64,000 nt of DNA from a virus (taxonomy: Duplodnaviria > Heunggongvirae > Uroviricota > Caudoviricetes). Position numbers and translations under genes: made by a program. Of the stretch, positions 26,604-37,000 are shown piece after piece. The notes under the pieces are model-generated. The model searched no databases and was not told the DNA's origin. It worked only from the letters and a program-made list of their open reading frames with translations. Position 1 is the stretch's first letter, and each line of letters starts with the position of its first letter. Location: IMG/VR virus record IMGVR_UViG_3300025678_000001; one strand, given 5' to 3'.

Positions 26604-26789
26604 ATGGGTATTGAGAAAATCAAACTTCAGTTTTTTCCTAAGCATGATTTCCTTGTGGGGTTGAATGTGGAGTCAGTAATGACCTTCGACATGTCCAACC
26701 AAGATGAGTACGATGGGTGGAACGTAAAGCTAGGCATAGGCGTAGTTCTGTTTACAGTTTCGATCCTGAAGAAAAGAAAGGGGGCTTAA
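26604..26789 (+). CDS. small hypothetical protein
   Basis: 61-aa ORF whose stop lies in the terminator loop. Confidence 0.55.
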   Translation: MGIEKIKLQFFPKHDFLVGLNVESVMTFDMSNQDEYDGWNVKLGIGVVLFTVSILKKRKGA

Positions 26790-26800
26790 TCCCCTTTCTT
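26774..26800. terminator. bidirectional terminator at a convergent junction
   Basis: aagaaagggg-gcttaat-cccctttctt perfect 10-bp stem. Confidence 0.75.
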
Positions 26801-29800
26801 TATCTTCTCTTGAATGCGTCACCTACTCTTGTCTTCGGGTTCCAGATCTCATACAAATTCATGAAACCTGAGATATCGTACAAATCCTTTAAGATCTTAG
26901 CATCTCCTGCATCAAAGATACCTGTCTTACGCTGGTAGTACGCGGCTTTATCTACCATGTCAGAGTCAAAGATCTGGGCCCCACCAAGAGCAAGTCCGTG
27001 TTCAGTAAGCCTGATGACCCGGGTAATATCACGACCGAAGTTTGTAAAGCTGGTGAACTGGTTGATATACTCATCCATAGAACCTACGATTGGGATCGGC
27101 ACCATGGTACGGGTTTCACGCTCGGTCTTGATATAGATGGCCAGAAGTTGGTAAGCCAGGTTTCTTGCGATCCTGTCATCGTCATCATCTTTACCCATAC
27201 GCTTTACTAAGCCGTTCAGGAACGTACCCAGTACATAAAGCATAGAAGCCATGATCATTTCCCGAACAGCATAGAAAGCTTTCTTAGCATAAAAGGGAGA
27301 CACGCTGTCATCCTTACCGATCATGCCAGCAAACAGTTTCCACTTATAGTAGTATAATCCACGGATAAGGGCATTGTAGTAACCCATGGCTACTTCACCT
27401 GCCTCAGTGTTGTCTCTTCTGGCACCGAAACGGTTAAGTACAAACGGCATCAGGTACTTACGATAGAACACCAGGAACCTACCCATGATACCGCGTTCAA
27501 CCCTGGTCTTATCTACGGAAGCGTAGTTACCCTGGGTTCTGCGGATCTCTGAGAAGATAGCACTCATTACGTTCTTCTCGTCTTCTTTGGTCCAGTCAAC
27601 ATCCTGACGAATACTTACTTCACCGTCTGCGTTTTCTGTATAGGCCTCAAATACCGGTATAGTCTTTACGGTACCATCATCGTTAGTTTGATAGGACTTG
27701 ATAGTACCATCCGGATTACGCTCAGCTACCAGTTTAGCCCTGCGGTTATCCATCATGGCCAGCCAGATCGTAGAGGAAATCTCAAGCTCTCCTTTGTCCT
27801 GGATCCAGAACGCAGGTGACAGATCCAAAGCACCCTGGCCAATACGTTGATTCGTAGAACGCGTTCTGTCAAAACCGTGTTTCAGATCATGCTGGTTGGG
27901 ATTCCAGTATAGATACATCTTGGTCATGAAGGTAAAGCCAGAGATCTTGTTAGAGTCTCTAAGGAGACTTTCGATCAGGCCACCTCTGTTGTAAATCTGT
28001 GCCTTGGCCTTAACCAGGTTCTTGTTATTATACTGACCGGTTTTATGTCCTCCCAGGTATGTTTGTACGTTACCAGAGAAGTAGTTGCCTATCTGGTTGG
28101 CAATATCAAAGCTCAGACGGGTAAAGCCGATACCCTTAAGTAAGGTATCACCCCATTTACCCATGTTTCCTTCATTGACCTTTGTCTCACCCTTTATAAT
28201 CTTCTCATACTCAAAGGTGTATGAGTTGATCAGTCTTTGTAGGTCAGACTTGCGACTTTCTTTGTCTACCAGATTAGACTGGTCAAGCTGTTTGTACAGG
28301 TTATTCAGATAGGATAAGGTAGCACTTATCAGCGGCTGAGCTTCTCCTACTGCCTGGTTGATGAAAGCTTCCTCGTACCATTTGATAACAGATCCGATAC
28401 CATCCACAGTTGCCTCAGCTGTATTGAGGTCAATGGGATGGTTGAACTTCATACGAACCATGTTCTCTCTACCGGTAGATATCTCGTTGATAGAGTAGTC
28501 AAAGATGCTGTTAGCTGAAAAGTTTTTCTGCTTAAAGATCTCAAAGTTCTTCTTGAACCCTTCCACAAAACCTTTTTGGTTATAGATTTGCAAAGAGGTT
28601 TCTTCAAAGCCCGGAAACAGGTAACCAAGACTACGGCCGTAGGTTGATCCCTGCATAGAGAGATACTTACCTACAAACGATTTATAGAACTCGAAGTTGT
28701 CAGCTTCTTTAGTAAGCTGCTCGTAACGAGGGTTAGCCCATTTAGAAGACTTCTCAACGCTCACGATACCATCTGTCTGTTTCATACCAATAGGCATCGG
28801 GAAACCGTCCTCAGTCTCCTGGTAATCCTTATTGAAAGCCTCGTCCTTCAATTTACGGATAGAGTACTTCATAGAAGGTCTTGTTTCCAGTAAACTAGTG
28901 TCGGCCGGCAAGGTCACATAGTTAAACTTCTTAGGATCTGGGTTGAGCACTCCGCCTGTAAGCTTACTCTCATATTCATTGTTGTGGTTCAGATCATACC
29001 AGGTTTTGAACTCACGCTCTTCTTCATAGAAGTTCTCAAGGGCCTGGAGAGTTTCACGCTCCAGTTGAGCCTTGTCTTCACCACTAGCCTCTTCACTTTT
29101 ACGCTTAGCCTCGTTGTAGAGGAACAGCTTCTGATCCAGTGCTTCGACTCTTGAGGTATAATCCCGGTCATAGTATGGGTTAATATAAGAAGCACTCATG
29201 CTGTTCAGGGCATCAAAGATCTCCCTTACAGCTTCTTTGTCTTCTGAAGACAGACCACGCATAACACTGCCGGCACCATCTTTAAGTTCTTGCATCTGCC
29301 AGTTCAGGTCATCATACTCTTTAATATCTTTTGCTGAAAGATACCTTGTATCTACAAAGCCATTACGCTTATAGGATCTTAGGATAGAACGCTGTTTCTC
29401 CCTAAGTTCGTCCATAGCAGGATTCTTAGGAAGAATGTTGTACAGTTGTTCATACAAATCAGAGATGGTCTCATAGTACTTATCACTGGGTACTTTATAG
29501 GTATTCATCTCCATCCACTTCTTGAACATCACCGGATCATCCGCATACTCAATCATCTTTGAGTTCTTAATACGCTCAAAGAAGAAGGTATTAGGCTCGT
29601 AGCTGTAATACTTTTCCATCTTCTCCAGGTATTCCTGGTAAGACGCGTTCTTCTCGATGGTCTCCTGTTTCAGTTTCTTCAGTTGGATTTCGATCTCCGC
29701 AAGGCTGTCCAGATCTTCCTCAGAAAGCTTTTCCTCTTCGTTAAAACCAACCTGGGCAAGGATTGCTTCACGTTCTTCATAGAGTTCGTCACGTTTTTGT

Positions 29801-32800
29801 TTAAAGTCTTCAGGTAAGAATTTATCCAGTTCGTAAATCTCGTCTACGTAAGGCATCTGAGAGTTCTCAAGTCTCCAGCTTCTGTGTTGCTGAATAAGGT
29901 TACTCTTCTCTTTAGCTAAAGCTTTTTTCTCATCTACATCACCAGTCTCACGCATCTTCTTGTTGATCTGACGCATGTCATTCCAGTACTTCTTAAACAC
30001 GTTCTTGTACTCCTCAACCACAGGATCCACAAAGGAACGGTAACGTTTTATAACTGGTTGACCTTCTGCGTTATACTCAGTTACTTCACGAACCTCAGAG
30101 ATAGGTTCGTTAATCTTGGCGATATCAGTTTTACCCTTTCTGAACTTATCATACAGAGACTGAAACTTGTTCTTCTCCATGAAGTTCAGGTAGGCTTGCT
30201 TAGCTCTGATCTCAATAAACTTTACGTGGTTGGCAAAACCAGATATACCCAAGTCCTGGTTGGACGCGGCAGCGATAAAGTCTGTCAGCGGGGTGGAGTC
30301 AGATCCGATATAGTACAGAGAGTTCTTATCAAGAATACCCTGGATATACTGACGTACTGATTTGTCATCCAGGTTAATACCTTTTTTACGGAGTTCCAGA
30401 CTTTTGATCCGGATCTCTAAAGCTTCGATTTCTCCCTTGGTATCAATAGGTACTTTAGCCACTGTACGGGCCATGTTGGATAATCCCTGCCAGATGGAGT
30501 ATGACAAACTATTACCACTACCCCCCTGCTCTTTTTGTTCCCTGAGCTTATCGAGTTTCTTCTTGAGGTGATTGATCAGAGGATCAATACTTTCTGCACG
30601 TTCTTTGTTAACGCGCTCTACAGTCTCAGGAGTCATGCTATTCTTAAGAACATCTACTAAGTAATTGAAACCCAGTTCGTTAAATACTCCAAGAGTATAA
30701 TCAATATTACCCTGTATGGTATCCAGTAACTTGATAGCATCATCGTTTTTCTCATCGTTGATGTTGATCAACAGTTCCCGGATATCAGAGAGGAAGTAGT
30801 TGAACGCTACGGCCTTTCCTTTAAGGTCATCGAGCTTGCGGGCTTTGTCAACAGGATCTTCTATGTTAGCAATATCCTGAGCAGTCTGTTTCATACCAAC
30901 TGTGTTGTCGGTCATGAACTGCAGAATAGCAGTAAGCTTATATGCCGGCTCCCAGGTATCTTTCTTGAAGGTATCCTGGATCTTTCTGATGGCTTCACGA
31001 CGAGTCTTGTAATAGTCCCGGAGCTTTTTATCGTTCGGGTTGTTATCATCAAGTTCGGAGAGTGAACGCTCGATCTTTTTGATCTCTTCAGCTGCGATAG
31101 ACTCCAGGTTTCCTATAAGACGATTAAAGTCGTCCTCCTTCATGTTGAAAATAATAGGTTCTTTAGTGCTCTTGGTTTCCTCAGCAATGTCACCCTCTAC
31201 TGGGATAACCCTTCTGACTTTCTTCTCAGTGTTGGCATAGTTCAACTTATCCAGGTCAGTTCCTTGTTGACGCTGGTTACTGTCGTAGGTCATGAACTCA
31301 TAACCTGAATACTGGAACTGAAACTGAGCCGGCGTGTTGATATCTGTAATGTCAACCATGTCTCCACGATATACCAGGGCAAGAACAGTCTTACCCTCTA
31401 CTGGTACCCCGGCCTGAGCATACAGTCTTTCATAAACACCCATCTGGGTATCCCAGCTATCGTATACGCTACGTCTGGTGTTTGAGAAGGTAGTATCAGT
31501 CTGAGGAGTTGTGGCTACCGGGTAAGGTTTATTCAGCACCAGACCAATCTGGGCGTTTGTATATACCTTTTTAGTCTTAAGGTCCACGATATGAACAGAA
31601 CCATCAGGAGCTAGGGCAAGAATGTCCAAACGTCCAACGACGTTCCGGTTGTTACGGTCCTTACCGAATACAGAGATCTCAGGAAGCAGAGTATATCCTT
31701 TAGTGATATAGTACTGCAAGTTGCTGATCATCTCCTGGCTCATCTTATACATCTCGTCCTGGGTCAGGTTGGCAATACTAAACTGTCCAGGATACTGGGC
31801 AGCCAGTTTATCAAAGACTTCCCGGGTAAGGACGGTTGTGGCTTTCTCACCGGTTTTTACACCAAGCTTCTGGATGTTCTCAAGCACATAGTGTACAAAC
31901 GTACCAAACTCCTTGAAGTCGTTATAGTCATCCTGATTTTCCAGTTGACCACCACCGGTCAGATTGGTAACGGAGATTGTGTACTCATCGTTATTTATAG
32001 CTGCCTGATAGTTAGCCAGGTTAAGTAATACCTTCTCGAGAGTAGCTACTTTAGCCTCAGTACCTTTTATCTTCTTGAGATCGGTAATGGTCTTTCTTAC
32101 AATACCCAGCTGCTCTTCTACGCGGGCCAGTTTACGCTCCTTAGAAGAGTTTACCTCCTGGCTGTCCATCTCACCATCGGTATTGTAGCTGTTAGCATCA
32201 GCTACGGCCGTAGAGAGCTTTACGTTCTTTGTATTGATGATTTGGGCCAGTTCTTCATAGGTAACCTTAGTAGGAAGATTATACCCATGTACCAGGACGT
32301 TTCCGTCTGTACGGATATCAAAGACTTCCTGAAGAAGATCCCTCAGCCAGTTAAAGAACCGCTGAAGAAGAGACTTCAGTTCACCCACGGTTTTCTCAGG
32401 ATTAGCAAGTTCCTCCTGAGTGATCTGTTGAAGAACCCGGGTAACCAGTTCCTTTTTACGATCAGCCTCAGTGAACCCACGGGTATCCAGATAAGCTCCC
32501 TGGATCTTTTTCCAGAGCTCAGGGAAAGCTTCTTTACCCTTGTTGAATAAACCGGTAAAGAGTGCACGGTTATCCTGCCACAGGGATTCTATGAAAGGGT
32601 GTAACAGTTCCTCGATAGCCACGGACTGGGTTGCTCTTCCCTCAACCAGGTGAACAACTCCATTACGTACAAAACCACGCACTGTGGCAATGTTTACGTC
32701 ATGTTCTTTCTGATCCAGTTCCTGGGGTTTGATCCACTTGATTTCAAGCTTAGGGAACTTTACAGCCAGGCGGTTTACTACCTGGTTTACCTGGGCTTTC

Positions 32801-34038
32801 TGGTATTCAGCGAGTTTTTGGTTAGTAAGCTTATTGGCCTGTTCAAAAGGCTTCTCAGATAGATCCACAACATACTGAGTACGTGAACCGTCGTTTACAC
32901 CACGGATCGCAGCTTCAAGAGCATTGTACTTACCGTTCTTGGCCACCCAGTCCAGGATGTTCTGAGCCTTATCACGACTCATCAGAGTAAGCCCGGATGT
33001 AAACCTGAAGTTTCTTTCAAGCTCAGATTGCTGGTAGGAAAACTGCTCAGCCAGTTCAGAGAGATTATAAGTAGCCTGTGGTAAGACATACTTGACCAAA
33101 GGTTCCCCATTCTCGTCAACAATAATCTTACTCTCTTTATTCAGAAGAACCTTATTAAAGTAAGCCATGTTGTCTGATACTATATGAGAGTAGTCCTGAA
33201 CCACTTTCATAACAGCAACCTGCATGTTATTTTCAATATAGGTTTTACCCTTAGCTTCTATACGAGCTTTGAGCATTTCAGTGATGAGATCAATGAACTT
33301 TTGGAAGATGTTCTTTCTAGCCTCTTGAACATTGGTATTATTATAGTACTTAGTCAGTTCAAACTGAAAATCAGGATTAGTCATGGCTTCAGCTATAAAC
33401 TCATCTGGATTTGTCATACCGTACATCTTTCCTAAAGGGATACTTTTAGAAGTCATACGATGCTTAAAATTCTGCATGTGATTGTATAACCGATCAATTT
33501 TACTCTTAAACACAGGGTTCATCTCATACTCTCTACTAGTAGCAGCATGCATGAACTCATGAAGAATTACTGTTTCAGCAATATCATCTCTTAGGTTTCT
33601 AAGAAAGTAGATCTGGTTTCTATGTGGTTCATAGACTCCTCGTACGTTTGCTATCAAAGCTTTGGCAGCTTGAACCTTGATGGAACTAACGTCTTTCATG
33701 TTCAGTAAAGCATTAGCTAAGGCTTTAGTATCTGAACTAGATGTTTGCTGAGCTATAGCAAAAAGTAAACTTTTAGCATCAGTATAGTTAGCATACTTGG
33801 TAACATAATTTTCTGCTAGTCCACTGCCCTCACCGGTAAGTGGTAAGGCAGTCCAATCACCATACTGCTTTTTAAAGTCAGAGGTATAAGCAGACAACCA
33901 AATATCCAGGGCAGCTTCTTTGTTACCCTGTAGTTCAGGGCGAGCAAGAATATCCTGATATAGTTTGGACTCCTGACCATTAGGAGCTACTACCTTAACG
34001 ATCTCGTGTTTCTTATTTCTGAATACTTGACAGGACAT
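26800..34038 (-). CDS. 2412-aa polyvalent virion/ejection protein (zincin, degenerate zincin, PD-(D/E)XK nuclease, C-terminal TM region)
   Basis: HEFMH..PDEFIAE (33547-33561), EELLH (32599-32613), GRLDILA...IVDLKTK (about 31570-31640), hydrophobic C-terminal helices. Confidence 0.8.
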   Translation of the reverse strand: MSCQVFRNKKHEIVKVVAPNGQESKLYQDILARPELQGNKEAALDIWLSAYTSDFKKQYGDWTALPLTGEGSGLAENYVTKYANYTDAKSLLFAIAQQTSSSDTKALANALLNMKDVSSIKVQAAKALIANVRGVYEPHRNQIYFLRNLRDDIAETVILHEFMHAATSREYEMNPVFKSKIDRLYNHMQNFKHRMTSKSIPLGKMYGMTNPDEFIAEAMTNPDFQFELTKYYNNTNVQEARKNIFQKFIDLITEMLKARIEAKGKTYIENNMQVAVMKVVQDYSHIVSDNMAYFNKVLLNKESKIIVDENGEPLVKYVLPQATYNLSELAEQFSYQQSELERNFRFTSGLTLMSRDKAQNILDWVAKNGKYNALEAAIRGVNDGSRTQYVVDLSEKPFEQANKLTNQKLAEYQKAQVNQVVNRLAVKFPKLEIKWIKPQELDQKEHDVNIATVRGFVRNGVVHLVEGRATQSVAIEELLHPFIESLWQDNRALFTGLFNKGKEAFPELWKKIQGAYLDTRGFTEADRKKELVTRVLQQITQEELANPEKTVGELKSLLQRFFNWLRDLLQEVFDIRTDGNVLVHGYNLPTKVTYEELAQIINTKNVKLSTAVADANSYNTDGEMDSQEVNSSKERKLARVEEQLGIVRKTITDLKKIKGTEAKVATLEKVLLNLANYQAAINNDEYTISVTNLTGGGQLENQDDYNDFKEFGTFVHYVLENIQKLGVKTGEKATTVLTREVFDKLAAQYPGQFSIANLTQDEMYKMSQEMISNLQYYITKGYTLLPEISVFGKDRNNRNVVGRLDILALAPDGSVHIVDLKTKKVYTNAQIGLVLNKPYPVATTPQTDTTFSNTRRSVYDSWDTQMGVYERLYAQAGVPVEGKTVLALVYRGDMVDITDINTPAQFQFQYSGYEFMTYDSNQRQQGTDLDKLNYANTEKKVRRVIPVEGDIAEETKSTKEPIIFNMKEDDFNRLIGNLESIAAEEIKKIERSLSELDDNNPNDKKLRDYYKTRREAIRKIQDTFKKDTWEPAYKLTAILQFMTDNTVGMKQTAQDIANIEDPVDKARKLDDLKGKAVAFNYFLSDIRELLININDEKNDDAIKLLDTIQGNIDYTLGVFNELGFNYLVDVLKNSMTPETVERVNKERAESIDPLINHLKKKLDKLREQKEQGGSGNSLSYSIWQGLSNMARTVAKVPIDTKGEIEALEIRIKSLELRKKGINLDDKSVRQYIQGILDKNSLYYIGSDSTPLTDFIAAASNQDLGISGFANHVKFIEIRAKQAYLNFMEKNKFQSLYDKFRKGKTDIAKINEPISEVREVTEYNAEGQPVIKRYRSFVDPVVEEYKNVFKKYWNDMRQINKKMRETGDVDEKKALAKEKSNLIQQHRSWRLENSQMPYVDEIYELDKFLPEDFKQKRDELYEEREAILAQVGFNEEEKLSEEDLDSLAEIEIQLKKLKQETIEKNASYQEYLEKMEKYYSYEPNTFFFERIKNSKMIEYADDPVMFKKWMEMNTYKVPSDKYYETISDLYEQLYNILPKNPAMDELREKQRSILRSYKRNGFVDTRYLSAKDIKEYDDLNWQMQELKDGAGSVMRGLSSEDKEAVREIFDALNSMSASYINPYYDRDYTSRVEALDQKLFLYNEAKRKSEEASGEDKAQLERETLQALENFYEEEREFKTWYDLNHNNEYESKLTGGVLNPDPKKFNYVTLPADTSLLETRPSMKYSIRKLKDEAFNKDYQETEDGFPMPIGMKQTDGIVSVEKSSKWANPRYEQLTKEADNFEFYKSFVGKYLSMQGSTYGRSLGYLFPGFEETSLQIYNQKGFVEGFKKNFEIFKQKNFSANSIFDYSINEISTGRENMVRMKFNHPIDLNTAEATVDGIGSVIKWYEEAFINQAVGEAQPLISATLSYLNNLYKQLDQSNLVDKESRKSDLQRLINSYTFEYEKIIKGETKVNEGNMGKWGDTLLKGIGFTRLSFDIANQIGNYFSGNVQTYLGGHKTGQYNNKNLVKAKAQIYNRGGLIESLLRDSNKISGFTFMTKMYLYWNPNQHDLKHGFDRTRSTNQRIGQGALDLSPAFWIQDKGELEISSTIWLAMMDNRRAKLVAERNPDGTIKSYQTNDDGTVKTIPVFEAYTENADGEVSIRQDVDWTKEDEKNVMSAIFSEIRRTQGNYASVDKTRVERGIMGRFLVFYRKYLMPFVLNRFGARRDNTEAGEVAMGYYNALIRGLYYYKWKLFAGMIGKDDSVSPFYAKKAFYAVREMIMASMLYVLGTFLNGLVKRMGKDDDDDRIARNLAYQLLAIYIKTERETRTMVPIPIVGSMDEYINQFTSFTNFGRDITRVIRLTEHGLALGGAQIFDSDMVDKAAYYQRKTGIFDAGDAKILKDLYDISGFMNLYEIWNPKTRVGDAFKRR

Positions 34039-34062
34039 ATATATGTTTCGTAGGGTTATGAA

Positions 34063-37000
34063 TTAGAGTTCAGCTATGCACTCACCAGAATCTAGATCTT
34101 TTCTTACGTCTTCGATATTACCTTTTACTATCGGTACAAGGTTGATGTTCTTATACATCTCTGTAAGATCTGCTACACTCTTATCGGATACCATTTTCAT
34201 CATTGAGAGATAAGCAGACAGTGTCGGAGCACCTGGTCTTAACATGTAACCTGCAGGAATTATAAGTTCCTCTTTGTTCTGTGTTTGGTTGGATGTACCG
34301 GTTCCTTTTGCAAGAGCCAGGATAGCTTTACGATCACCATTCTCAGCTGTCCACATCATAGCTTTGTTACTTACTAAAGAAATGATAGTTTCTCTAGGAG
34401 TAACTAAGTAATCCGTTCCTTTATAGTTGATAATCTTAGCTTTATTCTTTGTTGGAATAAGGTTTCTTGATGCAACACTTTTCTTAGACTCGACACCCTC
34501 TTTGGTTGGATCATAGATCTGCACGGTACCATTGTCATTGATCTTTGTAACGATGTACGTCATCTTATTGAACGTAACAAAACGTCCAGGTTCAATTTCC
34601 GGTTCTGGTTCTGCAGCAGGGATAGGCTCTAAGTAAGCCTTGTTATAGATCTCTTCCATCAGTTTGAGGTTAAGAGTCTCTTTATGATCTTCAAACTTGA
34701 TCTTAGCAAACCACTCAAAAGTTTGGAACCTGTTCTTTAAACGCATACCCTCAGGCATCCTGTAGTTTTTAACTACTTCATTTACCATCTCCTGAGTAAC
34801 AGGGTTCTCAACTTTTTGCTTCTTCATCCAACCAATACCCTTACCACGTTTTACGAACTCCACATCAACAGCCTTAAACTCTTTAAGTTCGTCAGGTAAT
34901 TTGACCAGGGTTTCGTTACCACTCACGATTTCTCTTTCATAGATCTTTACGGTTACACTTAAAGGATCTTTTTCACTAGGACGGATGTAGATCTTACGTT
35001 CTACCGGACCACGGTCTTTAGTATCAATGGTATAGTTCAGGAAGAACGTATTGTTCTTCTGTTTATCGAACAAGATGGCTCCTTTAGATAATACCTCATA
35101 ACGGATGATCCGGGCAAGCAGATTAAGACGTTTGGAGTCAACACCAAAGTTGTTCTTCAGACGCTGAAGACGATCTTCAAGCTCCGGAGTTAAACTAACA
35201 TCCAGGAACTGGTTCTCAGTATCATTCTGAGTGAACTTATAAAGTTCACGGCTTTCGGCTTCGTCAAAACCAAGGTTCAGAACCTGATCGGTACCCTCCT
35301 GTTCAGTAACTGTGTATACGGCTTTAAGGCCCTGTACAGTGTTAACGTAGTCTTTACCTTTCAGTTTAGAAGTCAGGTTGTTTATGATCTTGTCACTTAC
35401 GCGTTGATCATCTACCTGGGTAAGGCGTAACACGGTACCAAAAGTGTTCTTTACGAACAGAGGGAATGTGTACTTGGTAATAGATTCACCTCCATCTGAG
35501 AAGATCTGGCCAGGTAAGATATTCATCTGAGTAAGAATCTTACTTCCAACACTAGATGCCAGCTTTGTAGTATCCACTGTAAGTTTACCAGTATCTACCT
35601 CTTTAGAGTTAGGTAACCACAAGTCAGTATTATCCGGGTTATCTTCCAGTTCTGTATAGACAGCTTTCGGCTCTATGTTATGAGTATCCGGAAGCAGGTC
35701 TTTCATTTCTTCTTTGATCACATCAAGATCTACCCCGGCAAACGGACCTTTCTTGTTCTTCTTAAAGATCGGTCTACTCTTTACCATCACATCATTGTTG
35801 CCAGCATACAGACCGATACGGTTGATCATAGAACTGATGTAAACGTTCAGGTCAGCATTCTTACCAAAGAAACTATTCAGAAGCTTATTGAAGTTCTTAT
35901 AGTACCCGTCAGCCTTACCATTAGCAATCTGCTTACGGTTAGCTTTATTGAATGCATTAAAACCAGCCTGTAACTCGTTCAGATAACCAGAGATCTTTTC
36001 AAAGGTCTCAGGGTTCTGTGGGTTCAGATAAGAGATGAACGTATTGGTTCCGTATCCAAGACCATCCTTGATCAGCAGGTAGTGGAATAACTTACGCGCG
36101 ATTAGGGCCGTTCTTGTATCCGGACTCTTCTCCAGTAAGGTAAAGCCGTCGTTTACGTTCTCTCCATATTCTTTATCCAGCTTCATCCGGCTCAGTGCTT
36201 CCAGGTAAGTGATACCATTACGTGTACGCTCTTTCAGATAGTCCACGAACGGGTTACCTTCCTGTGTATCCTTAAGATACTGGAAGTCCTGTTCCATGCT
36301 TGTAACAGTCTCGTTAGAAGGTTCTCCTTTCCAGAAGTCGGCCTTAAACATTTCCAGGGCAGTATTCAGAGACTTGATTGTATTCTGGTTTGGTTGTTCT
36401 TTAGCCTGTTCTTCCTGAAGTCTTTTCTCAGTTTCGCCACGAAACTTATTGATAATAAAGTACTTAACAATCTGGTCAGTAAGTCTTTCCTGGGTCATCT
36501 CGTCAAGCTTGAAGGCTTGCAGACTGTTCTTGATAGTATCATTTACAGCCTGTACTACCGGGTTACGCTCGATCAGGATCACCTCCGCGTTTTCAGTCAT
36601 CTCTTTAAGAGCCTTGATCAGCGGACGGAACTCCACAGAAGACTCCAGAACTTCCTGGATGTTTGCAAACATGCTCTTCTCGTTAGCCATCACACCGGTC
36701 AGGTACGCGTAGTTACCAAGGACCCTATCAACAGCTTTCCAGCTCGGTTTAAGCTTTTTATACAGGTTCAGAATAGATCCAACAGCGTATACGTCGTTGT
36801 TTAGCTTCTGAGTCTCCAAATATTTGATCAGCAGGTATACCTGGGTAGCTTTATCACTCAGCGGAATACCTTTAGAGTCTGTAAGAGTAAAGCCCAGGTC
36901 TGACGCAGTTACACGGTCAGCTGGTGTGTAGTCATACTTAAACTCCAGATTGATATTGTCTTTTAAAAGCGGGCTACCACCTCTTTTGTAAATGATGTTT

